64,000 nt of DNA from Candidatus Freyarchaeum deiterrae (GTDB lineage Archaea > Asgardarchaeota > Jordiarchaeia > Jordiarchaeales > Jordiarchaeaceae), in the NCBI GenBank assembly GCA_037305845.1, contig CP147778.1, forward strand, positions 2,816,001 to 2,880,000, written 5' to 3'. Positions 38,525 through 48,609 of this stretch are shown here, one piece after another. Positions within the stretch are counted from its first letter, which is position 1. Each line of letters begins with the position of its first letter. The position numbers and the translations under genes are program-made. A model generated the notes under the pieces. It was not told the origin of the DNA and ran no database searches. It was given only the letters and a program-made list of their open reading frames with translations.

Positions 38525-40834
38525 TCATTCTTTTTCTTTTTTAGGTAGGTTCTTTACAAGTGCTCTCAGTATTATTATCGCAGCCTTTTTGTCCAAGGGT
38601 TCATTGTTGTTTCCGCACTTTGGAGAGTAAATGCAGGAAGGGCAGCCGTCTTCACACTCACAGCTCTCAATTAGTTCCAAGGTGTTGCTTGCCAATTCTT
38701 GGAAGAGCTGGTAGTTTTTTTCGCTTATCCCTATTCCCCCTTGGTAGCCATCGTAAATGAATATCGTTGCCTTTCCAGTGTTTGGATGCTCGTTTGTCGA
38801 AACTCCGCCAACATCTCTGCGGTCGCAGAGGGCGAAAAAGGGTGTCATAGCAATCATAGCATGCTCAACGGCATGTATTCCTCCCTCAAAATCCAAGTAT
38901 TTTTCTTTGACTTCTTCTACTACGTGGTCTGGGATTATAAACCAGAGTGCGGTTGTATCAAAGATAATTGGTGGGAGCTCTAGCGGTTCAATGTCCAGAA
39001 CTTCATCGTACTTCTTCAGAAAATACTTGTTATACCGCTTAGTGACTGTGACTTCACCCACTTTCACAGTAAAATCATTAAAGGTCTTTTCCTCAAATTC
39101 ACGGATTATCTGTATGTCAGACGTCTCCGCTGCCTCTGTGTAGTAATCGACATCCTCCTTCCTAACATAGGCAACATTATTATCCAAGTCTAAATCTTCA
39201 ACAAAGTATGTTTCACCCTGATGCAGAAAAATTGCCCCTCTATGAGCTTCAGAATAAGCCCGGCTGCGGTCTATAACCTCAAGAACCTTCCCTTCACAAA
39301 TCACCTTCACTTGATCACTGGAAATACTGTCTAAAGAAATCATGTCCACAGCTCGACGGGTTCCAGCGTATACAAATCCTTTAGGGCTCTTCATAATTAT
39401 TTTTTTGTCTTCAAGAATTTTCAGAGCTGATAAAAACGGGTTAGAATCTGCGTCCTCGTTTTTGACATTTTGGGATAAGAAATATTTAGAATCAGAATCC
39501 TTTAATGGAAGCTCCGCAGCAGCACACATCAAATGCCCGAGATTAATATACGGATTCTCAAGATCTATAATTGCGTGTTCATGAGGTTTTCCGAAGAATT
39601 TGTCCGGATGCTTCATGAAGTACTGGTCAAGCGGATTTTCAAAAGCTACCAGGGTAGCAAGAGCATCTTCAGTTCCTCTACCCGCTCTCCCTGCCTGTTG
39701 CCAGATGGATATCATAGTTCCCGGATAACCCGAAATTATTACCGCGTCCAGAGAACCAATATCTATACCCAGCTCCAAAGCGCTGGTGGACGCTACACCC
39801 AAAAGTTGCTTCTCCCTCAGCCTCTTTTCAATTTCTCTTCTCTCAGAGGGAAGATACCCCGCTCTATAAGACGTTATCCTCTCCTTCAGTTCAGGAATTT
39901 CTTCCCTAGTCCACCTAGCCATCAGCTCCGCCATTTTTCTTGAAACTGTGAAACAAAGAGTCTGAATGCCGTCTGCCACATGCTTGGCGAGCAGATTTTT
40001 CGTTTCCTGGTGTGGAGATTCTCGAACACCCTTGCCGATGAGCGGTGGATTCCAGAACACGAAATATTTCTTTCCGTGAGCTGATCCATCCTCAGAAACA
40101 ACTTCAAACTCTTTTCCGGTGAGTTTCGATGAGAGTTCCTCAGGATTCGCTATAGTGGCTGACGAGAGTATTATCTGTGGATTGGAACCATAGTGTTCAC
40201 ATATTCGAAGTAGACGCCTTATAAGCATAGCCATATTGGAGCCGAACACACCCCTATAGGTGTGCACCTCGTCCAGAACAATGAACGCCAAGTTGCTATA
40301 GAACCTCACCCATTTATTATGCCACGGCAAGTAAAGGTGAATCCCGTAAGGATTACTCATAACAATATTAGATTCCCGCCTAATTTTCGGACGAAGATTG
40401 GACGGTGTATCACCATCATATATATTCGCATTAATGTTAATCCCCGTTTCCAGCTCCATTTGCCTTAATACTTTAAGTTGGTCGTTGGTTAGAGCCTTCA
40501 AGGGATACAGATACAAGGCCGTAGCCTTGGGATTACCATAAATCCTTTCCAAAACTGGTAAATTGAAACACAGAGTTTTTCCCGAAGCAGTGGGTGTTGT
40601 AATGATAACGTTTTTGCCCTTCCTTACTTCGTTTATTGCTCTCGCCTGATGCGAGTAAAGTTTTATCCCCAATTTTTCCAGATAATTCTGCAACGGTTCT
40701 GGTAGTGGCTTGTCCAGCTTACCGTACTTAGCTTCTCTCGCGGGAATTACTTCCACATGCTCTATCTGACCGTTGTAGGAGACACCGTGCTGGATTTCAT
40801 TGATAAAGTCCGCAGGACTCACAGTCACTGTCAT
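38525..40834 (-). CDS. DEAD/DEAH-box helicase with DUF1998 Zn-binding C-terminus (MrfA/Hrq1/SftH family)
   Basis: TPTASGKT, DEVH, SAT, ELGIDIG, QQAGRAGR, IYDG..GGIG and CECEDGCPSC. Confidence 0.93.
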   Translation of the reverse strand: MTVTVSPADFINEIQHGVSYNGQIEHVEVIPAREAKYGKLDKPLPEPLQNYLEKLGIKLYSHQARAINEVRKGKNVIITTPTASGKTLCFNLPVLERIYGNPKATALYLYPLKALTNDQLKVLRQMELETGININANIYDGDTPSNLRPKIRRESNIVMSNPYGIHLYLPWHNKWVRFYSNLAFIVLDEVHTYRGVFGSNMAMLIRRLLRICEHYGSNPQIILSSATIANPEELSSKLTGKEFEVVSEDGSAHGKKYFVFWNPPLIGKGVRESPHQETKNLLAKHVADGIQTLCFTVSRKMAELMARWTREEIPELKERITSYRAGYLPSERREIEKRLREKQLLGVASTSALELGIDIGSLDAVIISGYPGTMISIWQQAGRAGRGTEDALATLVAFENPLDQYFMKHPDKFFGKPHEHAIIDLENPYINLGHLMCAAAELPLKDSDSKYFLSQNVKNEDADSNPFLSALKILEDKKIIMKSPKGFVYAGTRRAVDMISLDSISSDQVKVICEGKVLEVIDRSRAYSEAHRGAIFLHQGETYFVEDLDLDNNVAYVRKEDVDYYTEAAETSDIQIIREFEEKTFNDFTVKVGEVTVTKRYNKYFLKKYDEVLDIEPLELPPIIFDTTALWFIIPDHVVEEVKEKYLDFEGGIHAVEHAMIAMTPFFALCDRRDVGGVSTNEHPNTGKATIFIYDGYQGGIGISEKNYQLFQELASNTLELIESCECEDGCPSCIYSPKCGNNNEPLDKKAAIIILRALVKNLPKKEKE

Positions 40835-41928
40835 TGTACAAGTGCCTCGCTTAACTTTGAAAATAATTGGGCTAGGCTGACGATGTCCTGCCTGTTGTGA
40901 TTAATTATAGCGACTAGCGGTCCAACATTCCCTGTTACAAGATACTCTCTGTAGAACTCGGGAACTAGAGCCCCTGGAACCTCATTCTCGCGTCTCAGCC
41001 CAAGTACGTATTCTTCTACGGTTTGGAGTTTGCAATTGGGAACTGTGTGACGCCACACTCTTCGAATAAAATGCAGGAGGTCGAAATGCGCCTTATCAAT
41101 ATTCTTGTCAAGTCCATAGTAATTGAGTCGCTGTTCTATGAAAGGAACGTCAAACGTCCTCCCGTTAAACGAGATAATCGCTCTGTACTGTTCCAAATCC
41201 TTGATAAATGCTTTTAACGCTGCATTCTCTTCTGAAACCTCTCTAACCAGATATTGGTTGACCTTTAGTTTCCCTTCGCAAGGGTGAGCTACTCCTAAGA
41301 GGATTATTGGTCTAGAAAAAAGACCCATGGTTTCAATATCTATAATTGCAAAATCCTCATCTCGATTCAGTCCCGCCAAACGGAAAGAAAAGGGATGCGA
41401 CTTGGGAATCCGTCTCCACATGACTTCCTGAACCGTTTTAAAGTGGTTCATGTCCAGTAAATCGAGAAACTCTCTAGCCAAACTCCTCCACTTGGGATGC
41501 CTAGTTAAATCAACAATAGTCTGATATCCCCTTCTCTTAAGCTCAGCTTCAGTTTTTTCGCCGATCCCGCGAAGAAACCTGAGATTAGAAATAATAGACT
41601 CCCGAGCCCCCTCAGAGGGATTATGAAAATTCGACTGGCAATCAGAACTAATCAAGTAACATTCTCCAACATCATTCGAAATAATCTCGCCCGGAACCGC
41701 CTTCTCCAGAGCCACCCCCTCATACTCCTCAAGTAGCTGTTTTTTTAGTCTTATTACCTCTAAATAGTAAGAATCCATAATCCAATTGGGAATGTATCCG
41801 GTTTCGAAATCCTCCTCTTCATCCTTCTCCAAGATATCATACTCATGCTTTTGATTGAGCATCCTCTCTAAACCTTTAGCTGCTTTGTCAAAACGCACTC
41901 CGGGTACCTCTTCTGGAAACAGTAACAA
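40831..41928 (-). CDS. RNase H-like exonuclease (MrfB/YprB family) with HhH-like motif
   Basis: IDIETMG, SFNGRTFDVP, HFDLLH, HNRQD and RGIGEKT. ATGA overlap with the helicase. Confidence 0.88.
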   Translation of the reverse strand: MLLFPEEVPGVRFDKAAKGLERMLNQKHEYDILEKDEEEDFETGYIPNWIMDSYYLEVIRLKKQLLEEYEGVALEKAVPGEIISNDVGECYLISSDCQSNFHNPSEGARESIISNLRFLRGIGEKTEAELKRRGYQTIVDLTRHPKWRSLAREFLDLLDMNHFKTVQEVMWRRIPKSHPFSFRLAGLNRDEDFAIIDIETMGLFSRPIILLGVAHPCEGKLKVNQYLVREVSEENAALKAFIKDLEQYRAIISFNGRTFDVPFIEQRLNYYGLDKNIDKAHFDLLHFIRRVWRHTVPNCKLQTVEEYVLGLRRENEVPGALVPEFYREYLVTGNVGPLVAIINHNRQDIVSLAQLFSKLSEALVQ

Positions 41929-42251
41929 GATAGATAGTTAAAACTTACGCTAAACCATGTAGTCTCAGATATCCCCAAAATTCTATACGAATAAACCCAT
42001 AAACGGCGGTTAATGAATTAAAGCATAATTGTTTGAAGGCATATTCCATTAAGTGGAATTAGCGGAGTATAATGCTAGTACCTAACATTGCAGTAAAGTA
42101 TATAACGTAGTAATACTACATAATCATTATATAAATAGAATCTGAAAGGGAAAGCGTAACCATTATTGAAAATGCGGCTTAGTTCATCTATCCGTTGATT
42201 AAGCCATTTAAAATTGAGCTTCTTAAAATTCGATATGAGGTGTATGAAGCA

Positions 42252-42716
42252 ATGACCGATGTAAACCCCTACCATAATGCCATGATTTTCGGTACAATGT
42301 TGTGCGCTTTGGATAAGATGGGAATAAAACCCACACTAATAGCACGCCAAACTTCCGCAGTGTTAGCTCCCATAATAGGCGGCCTCTCCAAACAGCTTTT
42401 GGGCAAAACACTCCCATCAAACATGGAAGAATTTTTACCGCAGCTACAAGAATCTTTAAAAACCTCTGGAATATTAAACCCCAAGTCTGAAATCTCTTAC
42501 TCTAACGGCGTTCTCTCCAGTAAAATAATTGACTGCATGTACCTAACCATGGCTGGCTTCGGAAAAAGCTTAGGATACAAAGCCTGCCCAATGTGTGCCG
42601 CCGCTCTTATTCTATCCTCCGCACTAAAAGCGATAAATATAGCTGAGGTTGTAGACGCCCAAGTAGAAAACAAGGAAGACACCTGCATCTTCAAACTAAA
42701 ATTGATGGAAAAATAA
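42252..42716 (+). CDS. Small V4R-like protein (paralog of 56252 and 56766)
   Basis: NAMIFGT..LDKMGIKP..ARQ and DCMY..ACPMC..TC. Start moved from 42195 to the ATG at 42252 using the paralog alignment and GAGGTG. Confidence 0.7.
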   Translation: MTDVNPYHNAMIFGTMLCALDKMGIKPTLIARQTSAVLAPIIGGLSKQLLGKTLPSNMEEFLPQLQESLKTSGILNPKSEISYSNGVLSSKIIDCMYLTMAGFGKSLGYKACPMCAAALILSSALKAINIAEVVDAQVENKEDTCIFKLKLMEK

Positions 42717-42979
42717 TCTGCACCGTGAAAAATAATAAATAAACTCTTTTTCCCTTTTTTCCCCATATTTTCGACTTTTAAAAACTTTCAAAAGAATCTA
42801 AAAATAATTATTTCAATAAACTCTACTAAGTGAATTTCACATTATAACTTCCGGTAAATCAAACTTATTCTAAAAAAATTATAAAATGCTCAATTCCAAA
42901 ATTTCTTTCTATGGAGAGTTCGCCGAATAAAGAAAGAATTTAAAAACAAAAAACTTCTTAATAGATTAATGATGAGACT

Positions 42980-43528
42980 ATGATACCGAACAGAGAACAG
43001 TGTATGGATCTATTAAGAACGTATAATGTGCCAAGGAACATTGTAAATCATAGTCTAATCGTTAGCAGAGTAGCGGTATTTCTCGCCACGGAACTGAACA
43101 AAAAGGGTTATAACCTTAACATTGACGAAATCGAGGCCGCAGCCCTTTTGCATGATATTAAAAAAATCGACAGCCTAAAAACAGGAACCGGGCACGCCCA
43201 AGAAGGATGGCTCCTACTGAATAAATTAGGTTATAACGAAGTTGCTGAAATAGTAAAGCAACACGTTTTTCTAGATCAGAATAACGACCCCCAAGAAATA
43301 AGAGAAGAGGAAGTGGTGAACTATTCCGATAAACGTGTGCGCCACTCCGAGGTAGTACCCCTAAAAGAAAGATTCGCTTATCTCAAGGAACGTTACGGCA
43401 AAGACGAGGAATCCCTGAGAGTAATAAACCGCCTAGAGAAGAGAGCTCGGGAACTGGAAAATAAAATCTTTTCAAATATCGATTTTAAACCCGAAGAAGT
43501 ATCGAGGCTCCTCAAAACTAGGGATTAA
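42980..43528 (+). CDS. HD-domain phosphohydrolase
   Basis: NHS..AALLHDIKK..HA..QH..YSDKRV. Confidence 0.85.
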   Translation: MIPNREQCMDLLRTYNVPRNIVNHSLIVSRVAVFLATELNKKGYNLNIDEIEAAALLHDIKKIDSLKTGTGHAQEGWLLLNKLGYNEVAEIVKQHVFLDQNNDPQEIREEEVVNYSDKRVRHSEVVPLKERFAYLKERYGKDEESLRVINRLEKRARELENKIFSNIDFKPEEVSRLLKTRD

Positions 43529-43560
43529 CTCTGATTAAAAAATCCAATGTTCGTAATGAT

Positions 43561-44076
43561 TTAACTTTTACTGTTTTTCAAAATTTTTCTGAGAGCACTT
43601 ACTTTTGTCCCTACCTCTTCTTTGTAGGCTTCCAAAACAGCGTGTGGTGTAACTCTCTCCACCCCTTCAATTCTGGAAATGCCCTCAACGAGTCTCGTCG
43701 CTTCCTTTCTATCAGGGCACTTAGCCATGGCCGCGATTTCGAAATCTCCGGCAACATGATAAATATAGCATATACCCTCAAAATCCTCAGTTTTAGATAT
43801 TTCCTCTATGACTTTCCTAACTTCATAACCCGGACGTATTCGGATGAAGAAACAGATAGGGAAAAAGTTCAACCCAGCCTCTTTAGCTAATTTTTCGTAG
43901 TTCAGTTTGACCGAGTATCCGGAAATGATACCCATCTCCTCCATAGCCGTTATTCGCCTACTCACTGTTGAAACTCCTATATCGAGTTCCATAGCTATTT
44001 GTCTAAAAGATGTTCTAGCATCTCTCTCCAGTATGTCTAGGATTCTGAAATCCACATCATCTAAAGAGTTCATCAC
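43561..44076 (-). CDS. Lrp/AsnC transcriptional regulator
   Basis: LDDVDFRILDILERDAR..STVSRRI..GIISGY and HVAGDFE. Confidence 0.9.
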   Translation of the reverse strand: MMNSLDDVDFRILDILERDARTSFRQIAMELDIGVSTVSRRITAMEEMGIISGYSVKLNYEKLAKEAGLNFFPICFFIRIRPGYEVRKVIEEISKTEDFEGICYIYHVAGDFEIAAMAKCPDRKEATRLVEGISRIEGVERVTPHAVLEAYKEEVGTKVSALRKILKNSKS

Positions 44077-44517
44077 AAAGCCTTCCCTTTTACTTCATTT
44101 TTTATGCAGATTTTTTGGATTATCTGGTTAACATCTGATTTTATGTTAAGACATATTACTCCCGACATATATCTGTTTCGTTTATATGCTAAAAATGAAA
44201 CAAATATCCCAATTTTTCTAGAAATATTTATATACATTAAACTTAAACGTCTATATTGGATTACAAATGATTCAACGTGTAGGTTTCTCATAAAGGAACA
44301 ACTATCAGCTACTTAGAGTTGTGGTACAAACATCTTATGGACTGATCGCCTAATCAGAAAGCCCATAAAAAAATTCTGGAGGAGAAGGCGAAGGGAATTT
44401 AGAAACCAAACACATCGCCTGGGTTCTAAAAAAGAAAGGGGTATGCCCCACTATACGTTGAAGACAAATTATGCGTCTAAATTTAGGTAAAATAATAGAA
44501 GAAGGGTGAAATAAAAA

Positions 44518-44940
44518 ATGGACACAATGGCATTTATAGTTGGAAGCGACAAGTTTGAAAAACTGATGATGAGCATAATACTGTCAAGAACAGGAGTAGC
44601 AATGGACGTTGAGACTCACATGTTCTTTACATTCTGGGGACTAAATCTTCTCAGGAAGGGAAAAGCAGACAAGGCCAAAGTCCAAATGCCACCGGGAATG
44701 AGAAGCCTTGCCACATGGATGATGAAGCGGAAAATGATGAAATCAGGATTCAAGAAGCCATCAGAGATGCTCAGTGAACTAGCGCAAACAGGTAAAGTAC
44801 ATTTCCACGCGTGCTCAACAACACTAGAACTTTTCGGTCTTAAAAAAGAAGATTTGATACCCGAAGTGGAAGACATCGTCGGTGCCGCTACATTCCTAGA
44901 CATAGCGGCTGACGCAGACAAAGTGCTGGTTCTCTCATAA
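44518..44940 (+). CDS. DsrE2/DrsH-like sulfur-carrier family protein
   Basis: MFFTFWGL, HACSTT and IVGAATFL. Confidence 0.88.
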   Translation: MDTMAFIVGSDKFEKLMMSIILSRTGVAMDVETHMFFTFWGLNLLRKGKADKAKVQMPPGMRSLATWMMKRKMMKSGFKKPSEMLSELAQTGKVHFHACSTTLELFGLKKEDLIPEVEDIVGAATFLDIAADADKVLVLS

Positions 44941-45056
44941 TCAAAATAAATTCGACTTCCCACTTCTACTTTCTATTTTTTTAAAACAATTTTGCGGAAA
45001 AACACGCAAAGCTTATTACAAAAACCGTTACTTTTTTTATTAGCATAAATTAGGAG

Positions 45057-45251
45057 TTGAGTGATGTGAGTACTAAAAAGGATGAAAAAAGAAAGAAATC
45101 AAAAGACAGCTACGGGAAGAATTCTACTCACAGTGGTTATGATGGCTGTACTCCTGCAAGCGGGTGCGGTCCGAATTTTGAAATAGTACTAAATATTAAA
45201 GAAAGAAAAAAATCCGAAAAAAAGGAAGAAGAAGAAAAAGAAGAAGAATAG
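45057..45251 (+). CDS. Small charged protein with a CTPASGC motif
   Basis: 64-aa ORF with GGAG upstream. Charged termini flank a GYDGCTPASGCGP core. Confidence 0.45.
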   Translation: MSDVSTKKDEKRKKSKDSYGKNSTHSGYDGCTPASGCGPNFEIVLNIKERKKSEKKEEEEKEEE

Positions 45252-45273
45252 AATAACCTATTTTTTGTTATTT

Positions 45274-45831
45274 TTATTGTGTAAAAGTGTTTTTGTAAGC
45301 GAATTTTTCGAGGGGCAATCTTTCTGGTCTTTTCATTTCACTAGCCTTTTGTTGATCCGAAAGAACTGGGCTTAGAGTTTCTGAATGTTTACCGACTATA
45401 ACTAATGTGATGTCTATCATATCATCTGGAATATTAAGCACCTTCTTCACCTGCGCCTCGTCATATCCCGCTATAGGATGCGCCACCAGTCCCAGCTCAG
45501 TCGCTCTCAGAATAATGAACGCCACAGCCATACCGGTGTCGAATAAATAATACTTCCTTGGCTCGATGATGCAATCCTGTTTCTCCTTACTGAAAACTGC
45601 TATAATCATGGAACTTGCCTTAGCCCATTCGTTGCCCTTAGATAAACAATTCTTCACATTATCCAGAGCTTTAGGCTCGTATACAAAAACGAACCGCCAG
45701 GGCTGATTATTAAAACAGGAGGGCGCAATCTGAGCGCTTTCAGCCAAATCCTGAACTAACTGTTCTGTTATTTTTACGGGCTTCAATGAGCGATATGCCC
45801 TTCTTTCATTCATCGCTTTTTTTACATCCAT
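45274..45831 (-). CDS. Nitroreductase family protein
   Basis: ERRAYR, APSCFNNQPWRF and FDTGMA. Start moved from 45846 to the ATG at 45831. Confidence 0.9.
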   Translation of the reverse strand: MDVKKAMNERRAYRSLKPVKITEQLVQDLAESAQIAPSCFNNQPWRFVFVYEPKALDNVKNCLSKGNEWAKASSMIIAVFSKEKQDCIIEPRKYYLFDTGMAVAFIILRATELGLVAHPIAGYDEAQVKKVLNIPDDMIDITLVIVGKHSETLSPVLSDQQKASEMKRPERLPLEKFAYKNTFTQ

Positions 45832-46048
45832 AAAACCTACTCCCAAAAATTTTTTCTAATATGCTCTATTTAAAAAGTCGACTTATAGAAAAGCTTTGTG
45901 GAACAATCTTACACAATTAGTATCCGATGGTCAAGTAGAATTTTTATGCCAATTCTTATACGATAAATTTTTTATACTTCATCTCTATTTAACTCAAAAA
46001 TAGTGTTAAACTAACAAAATAATTATAAATAATTCTCAAGGAGGAGGC

Positions 46049-46603
46049 TTGATTATGGCAAAGACCAGCAGAAGAAGTAATATTATCATACTGTCAGCAA
46101 GCATAATCATTGCTGAGTTGGCGGGCATTATTGGTGCGTTATTCACGACTCCATCAATTCCGTTATGGTACTATTTTCTAATAAAGCCGTCTTTCAACCC
46201 CCCAAGCTTGCTTTTCGCCCCGGTTTGGACCATTCTATTTCTTCTAATGGGTATAGCAGCATACTATGTATGGAATGAAGGCTGGGAAAACAGAAATGTG
46301 AAAATCGCCATATCGGTATACGGCGTCCAACTGGTGCTAAATGTGCTTTGGTCATTCCTGTTCTTCGGAGCGCAATTACCATCCTATGGTTTCTTTGAGA
46401 TAGTAGCGCTCTGGATAGTAATCCTGCTTAATATTATAACGTTCTTCAGAATTTCTAGAAAAGCGGCCTATTTGCTAATCCCGTACATACTCTGGGTAAG
46501 TTTCGCAGCATTACTCAACTTTGCAGTATGGCAGCTCAATCCATGGCCTTACGGAAAATTAATTCTAGACGTCTTGTTTTTCGGAGGATTACCGGTACTC
46601 TGA
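46049..46603 (+). CDS. tspO: TspO/MBR tryptophan-rich sensory protein
   Basis: WY..LIKPSFNPP..FAPVWT, QLVLNVLWSFLFF and PYILWVSFA. Confidence 0.92.
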   Translation: MIMAKTSRRSNIIILSASIIIAELAGIIGALFTTPSIPLWYYFLIKPSFNPPSLLFAPVWTILFLLMGIAAYYVWNEGWENRNVKIAISVYGVQLVLNVLWSFLFFGAQLPSYGFFEIVALWIVILLNIITFFRISRKAAYLLIPYILWVSFAALLNFAVWQLNPWPYGKLILDVLFFGGLPVL

Positions 46604-46844
46604 AAGAGTAGCCAGTTGTGGAAAAATGTCCATTGGTAAAATAAATTAATAAAAATCCTAAATCCCGAGAGAGAATGCAGACAACACTTAATTTCCTTTT
46701 TTCTTTTTTGCGGATAGGTTTTGGTTCTTGCATATCCAATATCAATCTTTGACTTCTTGCACTCATGTTAGTATTTTGTCTTGCATAAAAATCTTCTTGG
46801 GTAATAATTATTGAAGGTTATGAAATTCATTTAAAAACTGTAAT

Positions 46845-47261
46845 TCAGTCCTCTATTCTGATTACTTTTAGATTATCGAAGTGCTTGTCAAAGGAGAATA
46901 TCTCCTTTATTCCCTTTCTTAACATTATTAAGTATGCTAGCATGTCATTTATGCTTATTTTTTTGTTTTTTGCTTCTAAGGTGGCTGAAATGTAGTCTTC
47001 TTTTGTGACTCCTTCTATTTGAATGTTTTTTGTTTTGTAAACTTCTTCGATAAAGTTTACTGAGAGGGTAAGATTTGCCGCGTCTTCTAGTATATTTGCG
47101 ACCTCGGAGAGGTGTACAACTGAGGTGACTACTTCCTCATTTTCAACTATTCTCTGATAAATCCCCTTGGCTTTGTTTTTGAGTTCCTTCTCCTCTTCTG
47201 TTAGATTTCTCTTAGGTTTGAGGATGGCATAGATAAACACATTAGAATCCACGAATCTCAT
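46845..47261 (-). CDS. vapC: VapC PIN-domain toxin
   Basis: FVDSNVF, SEV, IND and SFDKHFD. Confidence 0.88.
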   Translation of the reverse strand: MRFVDSNVFIYAILKPKRNLTEEEKELKNKAKGIYQRIVENEEVVTSVVHLSEVANILEDAANLTLSVNFIEEVYKTKNIQIEGVTKEDYISATLEAKNKKISINDMLAYLIMLRKGIKEIFSFDKHFDNLKVIRIED

Positions 47262-47503
47262 TTGAACTCCCTTCTTAGGCTCCCTCTTAACTTGTGATAG
47301 TCCAAAAATGATCCTTCAGGTACATCAACCTCAACCGAATCCACAAACCCTTTGAGGTCAGATTTTAATGGTAAAATCTCGATTCGGTCATCTAGAATAA
47401 CCACATAGACCTCGTCCACGTCCACCATGTACTTCTTCCTCCACGAAGATGGCAGCAGCAATCTTCCTTGGGAATCAACAGTTCTTCTCTCCACGTTTAC
47501 CAT
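47258..47503 (-). CDS. vapB: AbrB/MazE-type antitoxin
   Basis: VDSQGRLLLP..WR. ATGA overlap with vapC. Confidence 0.85.
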   Translation of the reverse strand: MVNVERRTVDSQGRLLLPSSWRKKYMVDVDEVYVVILDDRIEILPLKSDLKGFVDSVEVDVPEGSFLDYHKLRGSLRREFK

Positions 47504-47530
47504 ATAATCACCAATAATGATAATAATTAG

Positions 47531-47551
47531 GGAAAATATTTATAATTTTCC
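47531..47551. promoter_or_regulatory. Inverted repeat enclosing a TATA box upstream of vapBC
   Basis: GGAAAAT-N7-ATTTTCC. The minus strand reads TATAAATA across the centre. Confidence 0.45.
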
Positions 47552-47684
47552 ATAGAAGCTCTGAAATCCTAGAAAACCAAAAGAGAACCCCCAGAAACTT
47601 CGATTGACTCGCTTTTTATTATTAAAGAGGCGTCTTCCGCAAATTAGTTGAAGGTGTTGGTTTTGTACCCCGATTAATTTGTAA

Positions 47685-48374
47685 TTATTTTTGGGCGCAT
47701 ATTATTCCCATTAATGGGGATTTTATCTCTTCAATTCCTTCTACTATGAAACCCTCTTCTTCAAAGAAGCTCTTTAAATCATAAACATTGGCGGGGTGGT
47801 CTTCTCTCTTCTTCTCTTCTATCTTCTCTTCCAAAGATTTTTGGGAATCCATACTCCTACTCCATTCAGCGATAACTCGGAACTGCTCTTCCTCTTTCTC
47901 GGGGTACTTCCTGTTATCAAAAAACCACATGACATCTCCTAAGATTACTCTACCTCCGGGTTTCAAGAGATTATGCCACACTTTTATTGCTTCTTGTTTT
48001 TCCTCGTCATAAAGGTGGTGAAATGCCAGATTGCTAACGATTAAATTGACCTTTTGACCACAATTTGGTTCAGAAAAACTGCCGTATCCGAAGTCGATGT
48101 TTTTGACTTTGTTTTTCAAAGCCTTTTCTCTGGCAACCTGAAGCATCTTCTCAGAAATGTCCCTCGCAACTACTTTCTTCACTTTGGGAGCGAGTTTGAA
48201 GCTAATAGCACCTGTACCAGTACCCAGATCCAAGACGGTATCCGTGTTTTTAGGTCTCGCTAATTCGATAATCCTTTCAATCATAACCAAGTACACATCA
48301 ATAATCTTGGGCATGTATTCATCATAATACTGTGCCTCTTCGTCAAACTTTCTAGCAACACCCTTTTTGTTCAT
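47685..48374 (-). CDS. Class I SAM-dependent methyltransferase
   Basis: VLDLGTGTG, DISEKML, NLAFHHL and LKPGG. Confidence 0.9.
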   Translation of the reverse strand: MNKKGVARKFDEEAQYYDEYMPKIIDVYLVMIERIIELARPKNTDTVLDLGTGTGAISFKLAPKVKKVVARDISEKMLQVAREKALKNKVKNIDFGYGSFSEPNCGQKVNLIVSNLAFHHLYDEEKQEAIKVWHNLLKPGGRVILGDVMWFFDNRKYPEKEEEQFRVIAEWSRSMDSQKSLEEKIEEKKREDHPANVYDLKSFFEEEGFIVEGIEEIKSPLMGIICAQK

Positions 48375-48609
48375 ATATTCACCCCAGGTACTTCACTTTC
48401 TTCAGTTTTCTATTTTTGCGTATAAGGGTTGGGTAAAGTTGATAAGTTTGGAGTCCGCTAACTGTGTAAAAGATTGTACCAGTATATTTTATTTGATGAC
48501 AGAATAGGTTCACAGAGATGAAGGCGAACCCTTATCAGCTTTTCTGTTTGGGTACAGAATGTGACATTTAAGTTACCTATTCTTGAATTGGAATATCGGA
48601 GGTTGTTTA

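Noticed and set aside
42910-42975. Fluoride-riboswitch-like ATGGAGAGTTCGCC
   Set aside because: It lacks the GGCGATG 5' pairing strand, and the downstream gene is unrelated.
44518-44940. Selenoprotein or stop-codon read-through in the DsrE-like or CCG proteins
   Set aside because: The catalytic positions are Cys codons, and no in-frame TGA interrupts these domains.
46536-46766. 76-aa minus-strand ORF
   Set aside because: It overlaps tspO and has no motif or ribosome-binding site.
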